A DNA stretch of 64,000 nt, taken from Glaucostegus cemiculus (taxonomy: Eukaryota). Position numbers and translations under genes: made by a program. Of the stretch, positions 12,179-24,499 are shown in pieces. The stretch is from NCBI GenBank assembly GCA_976551045.1, contig CDPCPM010000323.1, positions 2,542,001 to 2,606,000 of the forward strand, read 5' to 3'. The notes under the pieces are model-generated. The model did no database searches. It was not told the origin of the DNA and worked only from the letters and a program-made list of their open reading frames with translations. Every line of letters starts with the position of its first letter. Position 1 is the stretch's first letter.

Positions 12179-13689
12179 ATTAGACAGGACAGATCACTAA
12201 ACTGGCAAGAAGTGAAATGATGACTAAAGGATGCAAAACAAAATCTAAATCTCTGAAGGGGAAAGGCAGGTTGTGACATTCTGCATGTATGCACTTGATC
12301 AGAACAGGTTCTTGCGAAGGCCACATCTGAAATCTGATAACTCATCCATTCTGTTTACAGATGTTGATTGACCTGTGTGTTTCCAGCAGTTTCTGCTGTT
12401 GTTACAGGGAGAGAGTGTCATACTGAAACACTCAACTTTGTGTCAGTTCCTCAAAACATTTGGCAGGAGATCAAGTGTTCTCAGCCTGTAACAGGACAAG
12501 CAGTTGTCATCTGTTACCTGTCAGGTTGGATCTGGTTTCATGTAAAGTAGAAAAAGCCACATAGAACCACACACAGGAGATCATTCGACCCATCCTTTCT
12601 GTGCTCAAATCCAATTAATCCAGCTTCATTGCTTTCTCTACAATTTGCAAGATATTTCCCTTTGAACTATTTAACCAAATCCCTTTTGACACTGACATTG
12701 CGCTGTACAGAGGAAAAAATGGATGAAGTTTCCACTCTGAGCACACCCTGATTAAAGCAAATCGGTTTCTGTCAGCTTTCTTTAGTCTGACAGAGAACCA
12801 CACCTATCTCAGTGTCTATACACTGCTCAGAAGGTTTATTATTCTATGTTACTACGACTTTCAGGATTAGCCCTGCTGTGGATTAGTCAGGTTTACTCAC
12901 CATTCTCAGGAACAGTCAATCTATGAAACCACTCCAGGTTTTTTTCTTTGCTGAAGTGGATTGAGTCATTTATTGGAAATACCAATCATCTAAGTAGGTT
13001 AGAAAGATTATGTAATAATAGTCACAGAGTTTGTATTTCCAATTTCTTTCTGTGTCTCGCACTCATCAACTGTTCAGGTAATGTCATGTTTCCTTTGGGT
13101 TTCTCTTTAATATACAGTAGGTGAACATAATCAAGAGTGAGTAACTGTGAGATTTCTTACACAGGGGGGTGTATCTTGGAAGATCTTGCCTGCTGGGATT
13201 CCCGGTGGGAAAGGTGGATCATGGAATCACTCCTTTTTAATCCATCCAAGAGCCAAATGTCTGAGTGTTGCTGATGTGATAAATATGTTGCTGGTAGAAT
13301 TTACCCTACTTAATGGTGATGGTGACTAACATTGTGAATGTTGATATGTGAGTTAATATCCATCCAAGTTCATTTTCATTTCATTATTATTGCTATTTAT
13401 TTTTTAAAGTTGTCTATCGTTATTGCGTGAGGCTTATTATTGTTTGAATGATGGACAGGAAATTACATTGGGAAGATGCATGGCTCAATTGAGTAACTGA
13501 AGCAATTTTTATTGAATGCTTTCACTAGTACTGAGAAATGGATTAAAGATTGCAGATTAAAGGTTATTCAGGAGTGAGTTGAACAAGGGAATGAAAGAAT
13601 ATGAAAGAACAGTAGAGGTGACAACTACACTGCAGGGTGAAGCCAGTATTTTTCTCAATTCACAAATTGTTGTGTAAAATTAAATTAAA

Positions 13690-15330
13690 TACCACCAAAT
13701 GCAGGTAATTTGTGCAGTATAAAACCATAAAATTGTCACTAGGTATTGTGATGCAGTATAAACAGTATAATTCATTGTAGGGTCATTCTGTAAATAGCAT
13801 ATTGTAGTGTATGCAATGCACTGTACCTGGTAAGGTATTGTGTATAGTATATGCAGCATAAATGCGGTGAATATATCCTAATTCATTTCACACAGCAAAA
13901 TGAAGCATAATCGGGTGCACAGTCATTTTAATTTGAAACAATGCATGGGGAATAGTGCAGAACAGTGGCTTAATGCAGTGTGTACAATATAATGCATTGC
14001 ACAGAGTTTCTGGTGCAATATGTACAGGTTAATGAGATGCATATAGATTAAAATGTACATACTTTCATACAGGGACATTACAGTGTGTGTGTTAGAATGC
14101 GACTTTGCAATAAAATGCAGTGTATATGATTTATTGCATTAAGCGTGGTTTCATCCTGAGCAGCAGTACATTGCAGTCTCTGTGATTTACCGAGGTGTGT
14201 GTGATTCAGTGGCCTATTTTTGGTTTAATGCAGTGTTTGTAGTATAATGTACCATATGTGATATGCTACAGCATATGGAGTACAATGCAGTATAGTACAG
14301 TGCATGCAGCAGTACAGTGTTTGCAGTATAATGGAGTGGAAATGGATACCTGATAGTCATACTCACAGCATCAAACTTTATAGACCACTAACTAGACTTC
14401 TCCATCACAGTCTTTGGGAAGGTCCTGTCCCAGTGGTAGGACAAACCCACCAGAGCTGGTGGTACAGTGGTATAAAAGTGGAAGAGAGTAGTTCCAGTGA
14501 TGGAAGAGGTTACTCGTCAGTAACTTGCTCACCAATGTAGTGTCTATAGGGCCACCTGGCACTAGACCTCATCACAGCCTTGGTCCAAGCTTAGATCAAA
14601 GAACTGAATTCCAGAGGTGTGAGAGGCTGTCCTTGACAACAGGACAGCATTTGATCAAATGTGGCATCAAGGAGGCCTATTAAAACCAAAGTCAATGGAC
14701 ATCAAGAGGAAAATGCACCAGTGATACTTCTCAAAAGGGAAGATGGTTTTAGTTGTCAGACGTCACTCATCCCAGCCCCAGGATTTTGCTGCAGGACTTC
14801 CTCAGGCCAGCGTTCTAGGTCCATCTGTCTTCAGCTACTTCCATCAGGAGGTTAAAAGTCAGGATGCTCGCTGGTCGTTGCACAAAGTGAAGCACCTGGA
14901 CAGCATTCAGAAATGAGCTGATAAGTGGCAAGTAACATTCACATATCAAAAGTGGCAGGTAGCGACTAATCAGCTTCCTTTGACATTCATTCGCGTTACC
15001 ATCTCTGCATTTCCCACCATCAACATCTTGGGGGCCATCACTGACCAAAACTTCAATTTTAGCAGCCACTTAAAACTATGGCTATCAAACAGCAGATGGT
15101 GTTAAATGTAACTTGTGCAGCAAGTGCAGTATTATGCAGTAAATGAGCATATTACAGCACATTCAGCATAAAGTAGTGTGCATCTTAATACATTGGTTGT
15201 AGTGAAAGTAGTATATAGTGATGTTGCATGGAACAATATAACACAATGCAACATCTGCAGTATAATGTGATTATAATGCAATCTGAGGCATTTTAATGTA
15301 CAGTCTATATAAGAGTGAATTATACATTTT
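13690..15330. repeat. Highly diverged tgcagtata-type low-complexity repeat, split by a LINE fragment
   Basis: Many (a)tgcagt(a/g)ta variants in 13690-14340 and 15100-15330. Confidence 0.5.
14410..15090 (+). mobile_element. CR1-group LINE RT remnant
   Basis: cttgacaacaggacagcatttgatcaaatgtggcatcaagg is a decayed RT motif of the LD..AFD.VWHQG type. Confidence 0.7.
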
Positions 15331-16559
15331 TTATATTATGTGTGTATATGTGTTGCTCGGTGACTACAAGGTTCAGAAATCATGCAAATGACTGAGGCAT
15401 GGAAAACCTTAAAATCCAATAGGATTCACCCCCTTAAATACTGTAATTTAGCATGTCATTTAATTTGCATTGAATTTCTATTGTACTATTTTGACAGTTG
15501 TTTATTAATTTAAAAAATGAAACAGTACATGTTGTAAACTAGCTTGAGGTTAAAATTGAGAGCTTATATTAAAAATGTGCATTAAAAGAGCAAAAGTGTG
15601 CCTTATCTAATATTAAAATCAATAATTCTAATTAATTATGGATTTAATTGTGGAATATTTCATTTTTAGATATTATCAAAGTCAGGATAATTGCAAAAAA
15701 AGGAAATTTAATAGACCAAACAATCTCAAATGTGGAATTAGGTTATTTCTACTTCTGCAATTTTATTAAGGTCTATTTCAAGTGTTTAACCTTAATACTT
15801 GAATATATATTTAATTTACTCCTGTCCTTCTTACTGGTAATTTGATTTTATCCTGAATTGCATCATTGCTATGCTGTTCCTGAGGCACTCCCCAGTAAGT
15901 CAAAACTGCAACTTCTTCATGTTCAAGTCAGAGACTTATTGTATCTTCATCTGACTGAAGCCACAGTGTGGTGATGGACTAATATATGCCTTTATATTAT
16001 ATGCCTTTGTAACTTACATTCCAATAAGTACGCACACCAGCTCTGGTTTCCAGGCCTGCAACTGTCAACAATTATTTATCATGAAAAGAAATATGTATGA
16101 ACCGATGGGAACATAGATAAGAACATTCGTTAGGCTGCAGTTATCTCGCACAGACCTTTCTCCCAGGCGCCTGTTATGCAGAACTTGCAGCAGAGCAGCA
16201 GTGCACTGTAGCAGTATACTTGTAATGTAGCTGCTGGATGGATCAAGGGTGCTGTGGAACTGATTGTGGCCTCCTCGACCACCAGTAGTTGTCCTGTCTG
16301 CTGTGGTAGATATTTCCTGGAAGAATACATGTATGTACAAGGGCCATAGCTTCCAGTACTGAACTGATATTAACTGTCTTGTTTGCCACATTTACGAGTG
16401 TCACAGTCATTGCTCTGTCTTCTTAAGTACTCTGTTTTTATAAAATTGACAAACATAAGATAATATTATTTGGAGTGAGTCCACAAAACTGAGAATTTGG
16501 AATTTTTTAATTTCTTCTAATATGTTCCACATTATTTCACTTGAGCATGATCCATCAAA

Positions 16560-17315
16560 AGGTTATGGACAAAGGGGAGTAATTTTTAAGGAGTCCATTC
16601 AAGGTGGAGGGAAAGGGTTAGAGACAAAGTTCAAGAACCTTGGACCGAGGCAGCCATAACCCCGGTTGTCAATAGTCATAAAGTCATTACAGCACAGAAA
16701 CAGGCCCTTCAGCCCATCATGTCCATACTGACCATCAAGTACAAGGATGAGAATTCTGGCAGCAAGTGAACTGAGGCAGGGTGGGGACAGGCAATGTCAC
16801 TGACCTGTCTTAGTGATGGAAAATGAATGGGATTGGGAGATCAAAAGATTACCTCAAGGTTGCACAGGGCACTACGGTTGTGGATAGTTTGGTGGTGGCC
16901 AAGTACAGGGATGGGGCCTGTGGCTGTGTAATGAAACCTGTGTCAGAGGCCAAGGCCACTGGGTTCAGGCTTCCAAACACTCAGCTGAAGGTGGTTTCAT
17001 GTCCACCATTACTGGATGTCGGGCTGGCAGTGTGCTAGATCCAAGGTAGTGAAGGGTTCAAGGGAGGCAGAGCGGGGAGAGCTGGGTGCTGTCAACTAAT
17101 ATGAGTTGCTCTATTTTGGAGTGATCTCATTGAACAACAGCAAGTAGATGGAAATGGAAGGTGCCACAGATAGATCATTGGTGGAATTCTGTCAGTGATA
17201 ATCCAGGAGTGGGGAGGGAAGTCAGTGAATCACTAGCTAAGCCTGGATAGGTTGAAGAGAATCAGGCAAATAGTACCACACCAAGCAGAGAACAGTATTA
17301 CAAGAGGATGATGCA
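16560..17315 (-). mobile_element. Degenerate L2 LINE fragment
   Basis: Layout matches the antisense L2 at 50150-51000; a short CR1-type tail fragment lies within it at ~16675-16742. Confidence 0.45.
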
Positions 17316-17518
17316 GTAATAGTTGTATTTAATAGTTATGTTAAATGCAATAATATAAGAGAGTGCACACACTATTAAATGTGGTAGCTACGAGACATCA
17401 AACCAGCTTGTGAGTAGTTCAAGCAACGTTCATGCAATCTTTGTTTTCAACACATGATTATGTTGCTCCTGTAACTGATCTGCTCCTAACATTTCCTTGC
17501 TTGCTGCTTCTGTTGCAG

Positions 17519-17832
17519 GTTCAGCTTCGGGAAGTAGCAAGCCTGCTTGGATTTCATCTGACCTGTAGGAACTGGTTCGGGGAAGTGACAGCGGTGTTTG
17601 AGTGTGGTATTCCTACTTGTCCTTCCCGCCCCAGTACCTTGCTGTGGATAACAAGTTGATTTCAAACCGTTTGAGGATTAGACTGGGGGCAGCCGCTGTC
17701 TTTCTGTAACCACCATGAACCTGGGCTGCCTGAGTTACCTGGTGCTGACAGCAAGTACTCTATACACCGCCGTGCTTAATCAGCCCACCAGCAGGGAGCA
17801 CGATCTGGTTCCAAGGATCGTCTTTACTCACA
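17519..17832 (+). other. Internal exon (5'UTR plus coding start)
   Basis: Branch-point-like ctcctaac at 17483-17490, pyrimidine tract, ttgcAG acceptor at 17517-17518, no upstream ATG in 17519-17714, GTAAGT donor at 17833. Confidence 0.75.
17715..17832 (+). CDS. First coding exon of a probable class-4 semaphorin (SEMA4-like): signal peptide plus start of the Sema region
   Basis: ATG at 17715 in strong Kozak context (aaccaccATG), in-frame upstream TAG at 17679-17681, translation MNLGCLSYLVLTASTLYTAVLNQPTSREHDLVPRIVFTH plus 1 nt, GTAAGT donor at 17833 (phase 1). A hydrophobic leader followed by a vPR-x-x-F motif and a phase-1 intron resembles SEMA4 N-termini. The paralog cannot be resolved. Confidence 0.7.
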
Positions 17833-17889
17833 GTAAGTGTGCCCGCTTGCTCCAATGAAAAGTGACATGTAACTATTTAATAGCAACTT

Positions 17890-18315
17890 CTTTTTCTTCC
17901 CCCCACTCATTTGTCCTCCCTTATTCCTGTGGCTCCCTTCCCCTGCCCATGTCCTCTCCTCCCCTCCTCCATCCTTTATTCCATGGTCCATTGCCCTCTC
18001 CTACTGGATTCCTCCTTCTTTAGCCCTTTGCCTCTTCTACCTATCACCTCTCAGCTTATTACATCTTCCCTCCCTCCCCCACCCACCTACCATCCCCCTC
18101 TCACCTGAACTCACCTCTCCCCTGCCTGCATGTGCTCCTCCCTCTCCCCCTCCCCCCACCTTCTTACTTCGGTTTCAGCCCTATTCCTTTCCAGTCCTGA
18201 TGAAGGGTCTCATTCCAAAATGTCGACTGTTTATTTCTCTCCAATAGATGCTGCCTGATCTGCTGATTTCCTCCAGCACTCTTTGTGTATTGCTCCAGAT
18301 TCCAGCATCTGGTCT
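17890..18315 (+). mobile_element. Penelope-like element 3' end (pyrimidine-rich UTR plus pLTR with decayed hammerhead)
   Basis: C/T-rich tract followed by cagtcCTGATGAagggtctcattccAAAAtgtcgactg (18192-18229) and the pLTR body. Confidence 0.8.
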
Positions 18316-18324
18316 CCCAGCAAA

Positions 18325-19405
18325 CAAGGTCTCCTTTTTCAAGAAAGGCAACAGGGAAAACCCTGGTAATGATTGACCTGTGAGCCTGACATCAGTGGGA
18401 GGGAAGATACTGGAAAAAAAATCTGAGGGCAAGGATTAATGATCACTTGGAAAGACAGGGACTAATCAGTGACAGCCAACATGGCTTTGATCAGGACAAA
18501 TCCTGCCTGACCAATTTGATTGAATTCTTTGAAGAGGTAACAAAGTGTGTTGATGAGAGTAGGGTGGTAGATGCGATTTACGTGGACTTTAGTGAAGCCT
18601 TTGACAAGGCCCCACATAGGATGTGGGTTCAGAAGGTTAGGGCCCATGGGATCCAGGGCAACTTGGCAAACTGGATGCAAGATTGCAAAGATAATAGAAG
18701 ACAGAAGGTGATGGTAGAGGGTTGTTTTTCCCATTGGATGCCTGTGACTAGTGATGTCCCACAAGTAAGGGTATTGGGACCCTTGTTGTTTTCAATGTTC
18801 GTGAATGACTTGGGTGGGGAAGTAGGAGGCAAGATCGATAATATTGTTACTGACACAAAGATTAGCAGAGTTGCTGATAGTGTGGAAAGCAGTCTTAGGC
18901 TGCAGCGAGATATTGATGTGTAGGTGAAGTGGACTAAAAGATGCAGTTGGAGTTAAATTGAGACAAATGTGAGGTGATCCACTTTGGCAGCACTAATGAG
19001 GCTTAGACATACACCATGAATGGTAGGGTCTTGTGGAGAATTGATTAAACACAGGGAACTTGGAGTACAAGTCTGTAGATCCTTGAAGGTAGCAATACAG
19101 GTAGACAAAGTGGTTCGGAAGGAATATGGGATATTGGCCTTCATTAGTCAAGCATTGAATACAGAAGTAGGGAAGTTATGGTCCAACTTGGTCAGACCTC
19201 AGTTGGAGTACTGTGTGCAGTTCTGGTTAGCAAGGTATAGGAAGAATGTGATGGTGCTGGAGGGAGTGCAGAGGAGATTTATCAGGATGTTACCTGGGAT
19301 AGAGCATTTCAGTTATGAGGAGAGACTGAAAAAGCTAGTTTTTTTCTCCATGGAGTGGAGGAGATTAAGAGGCGACATGATTGAGGTGCATAAAATTATG
19401 AAGGG
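18325..19405 (+). mobile_element. CR1 LINE ORF2 (RT) pseudogene fragment
   Basis: ORFs 18447-18923 (SQHGF, CLTNLIEFFEEVT, IYVDFSEAFDK) and 19020 onward (LVRPQLEYCVQFW, RRLRGDMIEVHKIMKG), with stops and frameshifts. Confidence 0.92.
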
Positions 19406-19409
19406 TAGA

Positions 19410-19520
19410 TGCTTCAGTTTAATGTCTCATCTGACAAGACAGCACTCTGTCAGTACCACACTGGACTCTCAGGTTAGGTTTTGTACCCAAGCTCGTGTTT
19501 CATTTTGACCTCGAATACTT
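19410..19520 (-). mobile_element. Deu-domain SINE fragment
   Basis: gtttaatgtctcatctga...cagtaccacactgg, antisense to the family at 25425-25805. Confidence 0.5.
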
Positions 19521-19629
19521 TAGAACATTGCACTGTGGTTTGGATGAACAACCAGTCAGATTCCATTTGAAAAACGGGAATTGGCTGTCCTTGCACTCTA
19601 GTGGAGGAGTACCAGTTATTTGAAAATTT

Positions 19630-19752
19630 GAAAAAGAGAAACAGAGTTAAAGTTTCAGATCAAAGAAGAATTGTTCACTTGAAAAGTTAACTTATTTTCT
19701 GCAGATCCTGCCTGACCAGCTTAGTAATTCCAGCATCTTCTGTTTTGTTTCT
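19630..19752. mobile_element. Degenerate fold-back pLTR element
   Basis: gaaacagagttaaagtttcag...gaaaagttaact...cctgcctgaccagc. Confidence 0.6.
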
Positions 19753-20734
19753 AGTCTCCTGATTTACACTTCAGAACTATCTGACTGGTGGACATTTTGA
19801 AGTAGTGAGAGGTGCAGTGTAAGCTCTTCTAGCCTACCTGTCTTTCTTTGTCATGTTGATGCTTGAGAGAGTTTCAGAGAGCCCTGATAGCCTATTGTCA
19901 GGTCTCCCTGTAGCTGAATAGAAGGCTCTTATCACTGTTGTGCATGTTGCAGCAGCAGCATTTCCTTAACCCTAACCCTTTGACCTCAGAGGGGAAAAAC
20001 ATAAAGAAAAGAGATGGAGGGAATGGAAAATACAAAGAGAAATAGATCGAATGGCTGCTAGTTCTTAAGCTTCAGATTCATTTTGTTGCTTTCAGCAGAA
20101 GTTTTTGTTGGTTGGAAGGTGATGTCTCTCGGTGAGATCTCAGAATCTAAGCATGTTTTATGGTAACTCCTGAACATAGTTTAAATCTCACCAGGTAATC
20201 CCCCCACAACCTCCACATCCACCCCCCCCCCCCCAGTCCACCTGCCAATGGCAGCACTCTCACCTGAATTTAGACCCTGTTGTAGATTATTACCTAGTGT
20301 GACTCTGCAGGACCACATTGCTATCATTCTGATGAGATGTTAAACACACACTTTACTCCCTTCTCAATTCGACAGCAGGGTTAAATGTCTCATTGATTGA
20401 GCAAACAGTTTTGAGTTGAAGTGCCATCTCTGATTAAATTCCCCAGAATGGGGATTAAATCCAAGATCTTCAGATTCAATGAGAAAAACTCCGAGCTGAA
20501 GCAAGGTTGATACAGTAGAAATGCAGCACATTCTACCAGAGCAATGCAAAGCAAAGGACATACCTCACTTACTTGAACTGTGCAAGATCAAGCAAGAGAC
20601 AATAAGTGATCTTTTCTAATCAGATTATCATTCATAATCGCATGATGCGCTACAGCACAGAGTTACACCAACCTGATAATGAAAAATGGGGCAGCCAGTG
20701 ATAAAGCTTCACCTGCTTGAAACCAGTTCAAAAC

Positions 20735-20923
20735 TAAGATAAGATAGATAAGATTTCTTTATTAGTCGCTTGTACATGGAAACACACAGTGAAATGCATC
20801 TCTTTGCATAGAGTCTTCTGGGGGCAGCCCACAACTGTCGCCACGGTTCCAGCGCCAACGTAGGATGCTCACAACTTCCTAACCTGGACGGCTTTGGAAT
20901 GTGGGAGGAAACCGAGCACCTGG
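20735..20923 (-). mobile_element. 5'-truncated V-SINE, tail A
   Basis: taagataagat...tttattagtcgcttgtacat antisense tail. Confidence 0.85.
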
Positions 20924-21136
20924 CATAGTAGCATTGTTACTTTAGCCCTTAATCTTTCAGGCCAGGTTTCCCATGGGTCCAGCTCTCATCTGTGGAAAGT
21001 ATAGAGGGAAGGACCAATATTTTTTGACATAATTACGTGATGCTGGGTGTGCTCTGAAGAGAAAATCTCAGTCAATGCTTGCTGAGCCATTCAGGAAAGT
21101 GCATCACTTGTTCACTGTTGCCTTGTAGCTGGCTGC

Positions 21137-21423
21137 TGTAGCGACTCACCTTACTGGTATCGAACCGGCTCCCGACATCGCGAGCATTATCAGCGGCCCC
21201 GACCCAAGATGGCGCGGGGCCCTCCTTCTTCTTCATCCTTGGGCTAGAAAAGCCCGCACATGGGAAGGTCAGGCGACCCGTGCGTGACGTCAGCATGGGA
21301 ACTGTAGCACGGGAAGCCTTTGAGTATTAAAAGGGGCACTGCGCCTCGGTTGTGCATTGGACTTCTGACTTCGAACCACCGACTCTGCATCTTCATTTCA
21401 TCGTAGTGTAGCTAGCCACTACA
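21137..21423 (+). mobile_element. Short CpG-rich solo LTR (family B)
   Basis: Termini TGTAGCG...CACTACA; TSD CTGC (21133-21136 / 21424-21427); YY1-like caagatggcg, CRE TGACGTCA and TATA-like tattaaaa inside. Confidence 0.8.
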
Positions 21424-21429
21424 CTGCCC

Positions 21430-24365
21430 TGCTAGAAGGTTGAAGATTATCCGAGGACTGCAAAATTACAAATGCTCCACCCTTGTTGAGAAATGGGTGT
21501 AGGGATGAACCCAGTAACCACAGATCAGTTAGCTTAACCTTGATAGTGGAGGAAGTTCTCAAAACAATTAATGGGGACAAAATTTGGAAATAGTGGACAT
21601 GAGTAATACATTCCTTTCCGGTAGAAAAGCACAAAAGAAAAAGCAACCCAAGCATGACCAGCACAAGTAGTGAAGGATGGCATTGGATCCAAAATAGAGT
21701 CATATACAGTTGCTGTAAAAGGTAGCAGACCTGAGGATTAGGAACATTTTAGAATTCAGCAAAAATGGATCAAGAAATCAATTAATAGAGTGTGTAAATA
21801 GACCTGCAGAGAATACAAAAACAGACTGTAAAATTTTCTTCACGCTTGTGAAAAGAGAATGGTTAGTGAAGACAAATGTGGGTCCCTTATGGTGGAAAAT
21901 GGGAGAATTTATAATGGGCAGTTAAGTAAATATTTTGATTCTGTCATCTTGGAGAAGAGCACAGGTAGCTTTCCAAGACTGCAGAAGTTTTATGAAAAGG
22001 AATTACTTTTAGTGAAAAAAGTGCTGGAGAAACTAATGGAACTGAAAGTTGATAAATCCCTAGGTCCTGATAATCTGCATTCCAGAGCACTAATAAAGGT
22101 CACCATGGAAATAATGGATGCATCGGTTGTCATCTTCCAATATTCTTTAGGGTGGGGAACAGTCCCTGGAGATTGGAGAGTGGTAAATGTAACTCCAATA
22201 TTTATGAAAAGGAGAGTGGGGGGTTGGGGGGAAGAAATCAGGGAACGACAAACTTGATATCAGAATCAGAATCAGAATCAGTTTTATTGTCACAACCATA
22301 TACATACATAGTATGCATAGGAGCGAGATACCGTCCTCCTCAGGTGCTCGTCCCATAAAAAATAACATAACAACCAACAGAGACACACATACACACTTGG
22401 CAGAATACACAGTACAAAACATTACACATTAGAAGCTATGGAGATTGAAATTAAATTATTACGCAGATTAAATTAAAAATGGCCAGTAAATAAATAAATA
22501 GTTCTTAAAGTGAACGGGCTGGTGTCGGGCATTTAAAGTGCTGGTGCATTTCTGTGCACCTAGCATCTCTTAGTGTTAACAAAGGAAGATGGAGGGATGA
22601 GAGAGTTTGCAGTTCTGATGGCTTGCAGAAAGAAGCTATTGTTCAGCCTGGTCGTTCTTGCCCTGATACATTTAAGCCTCCTCCCTGATGGCAAAACTGT
22701 GAAGAGGTGGTGGGAGGGGTGAGAAGGGTCGGCCATTATGCTTTTGGTCTTCCTCACACAACGGTCTTTGTATATGTCTGTGAGGGATGGAAGCAAGACA
22801 CCTATGATCCACTCCGCAGCTCTAACTATCTTCTGGAGGGACTTCCGCCCAGCAGCTGAGCAGCTTCCAAACCAAACAGTGATACATTGAGTTAGGATGC
22901 TCTCAATGGTCCCCCTGTAGAAGGATTTCATGAGGGCAAATCAGAAGCCCTGGATGACTGGGGAGGTTCGCTGTCTGCTACGCACCAGAGATGCAGCTTT
23001 CAGGGCGAGGGATGAGGAAGCTCTGAAGTCTGCAAGGAAGGATCTGTCTTGGGGTATTAAGAAGGCAAAACGACAATACGCAGAAAAGATAAATAATAAT
23101 TTCACCAACGACAGGGATGCGAGGCGTCTGTCGAAGGGAATCCAGGTCATCACTGACTACAAAGCTCCACCCCAGGTTTGTGATGGTGACTCATCACTTC
23201 CAGACCAGTTGAATGAATTTTATGCAAGGTTTGAGGCCATGAACCATACACCTGCCTCGAAAGCCCGGCCTTCGCCAGAAGAACAGGCTTTGAGACTCAC
23301 CCCAGCCAGTGTGGGGAAAGCCCTTTCACAGGTTAACCCTCGGAAGGCTGCGGGACCGGATAACATACCGGGGCGGATACTTAGGGACTGTGCGGACCAG
23401 CTTAAAGATGTACTGGCTGACATCTTCAACATCTCCCTACAGCAGGCTGTTGTCCCTAAGTGCCTAAAATCTGCCACCATCATACCTGTTCCTAAGAAGT
23501 CTCCTCCAAAGTGTCTGAATGACCACCGTCCTATAGCTCGAACACCGATTGTCATGAAATGCTTTGAAAGGCTAGTTATGAAGCACATTAGAGCCTCCCT
23601 CCCCCCATCCTTGGATCCTCATCAGTATGCTTATCGGGCAAACAAGTCCACCGATGATGCAGTCTCCTTTGCCATGCACTCTTCATATCAGTTGTAAGGA
23701 AATTGTTAGAATCTATTGTAAAGGACTTGGTAACAGGACACAGAAGATATCAATGGGACCAGACAAGTTAATATGGATTTATGAAAAGGGAAAACATGTT
23801 TGACACACCTACTGGAGATTTTTGAGGGTGTTGCTGGTAGGATAGATAAGGGACAACCAGTAGAGGTGATGTATTTAGATTTTCAGGAGCCTTTCATAAA
23901 GTCTCATATAAGGGTTTACTGGGCAAAAATTAAAGTGCTTGGTATTTGGGGATGGTATACTGACATGGATTGAAAACTGTTCGACAGGCAGGAAACGAAA
24001 TCAGAATTGATGTGATTTTCTCAGAGTGGCAGCTGGCGACTAGAGGGGCACCGAATGGCAGATGCTTCTCCTGGCTGGGGAGCGGAGGATCGAAAACCAG
24101 GGGTCACACTTTCAGCACAGGGCAGTAAACATTTAGAACTAGATGAGGAGAAATTTTTTTCACTCTTCCACCTTCTCTACCAAGGAAGGCTGTGGAAGCC
24201 CAGTCACTGAAGATATTTAAAAGGGGACAGATAGATTTCAAGACACAAAAGGCATCATGGAGTATGGGAAGTGAATGGGAATGTGGTATTGAGATAAAGG
24301 ATCAGCCATAATTATGTTGGATGGCAGAGTAGGTACACAGGGCTGAATGGCCTACTTCTGTTCCT
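21430..24365 (+). mobile_element. Fragmented CR1 LINE interrupted by a Rex1-clade insertion
   Basis: ORF 21859-22257 (KSLGPDNLHSR, VPGDWRVVNVTPIF); CR1 resumes at 23692 and ends in a CR1 3' tail gggctgaatggcctacttctgttcc. Confidence 0.85.
22264..23684 (-). mobile_element. Young Rex1/Babar-clade LINE, 5'-truncated with 5' inversion
   Basis: 22264-~22930 is the antisense 3' end with an (atcaga)n tail and ORF MKSFYRGTIESILT...RTTRLNNSFF. ~22930-23684 is a + strand ORF NQKPW...KAAGPDNIPGR...QYAYRANKSTDDA. TSD atatcag (22257-22263 / 23685-23691). Confidence 0.88.
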
Positions 24366-24371
24366 AAGCAA

Positions 24372-24472
24372 CAAGCATCGACAATTCTTCATCCCCCACA
24401 AATGCTGCCTGACTGGCTGAATTCATCCAGCAGATTGTTGTCCCAGATTCCAGCATCTGCAGCCTCTTGTCT
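24372..24472 (+). mobile_element. Penelope pLTR fragment
   Basis: aagcatcgacaatt...atgctgcctgactggctgaattcatccagcag...ccagcatctgcag. Confidence 0.7.
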
Positions 24473-24499
24473 CTACTCTTGCTCCAATTTTATTATGTT

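Noticed and set aside
22930-23697. Longest ORF (255 aa) as a host gene
   Set aside because: It is a truncated LINE ORF segment lacking the catalytic RT core.
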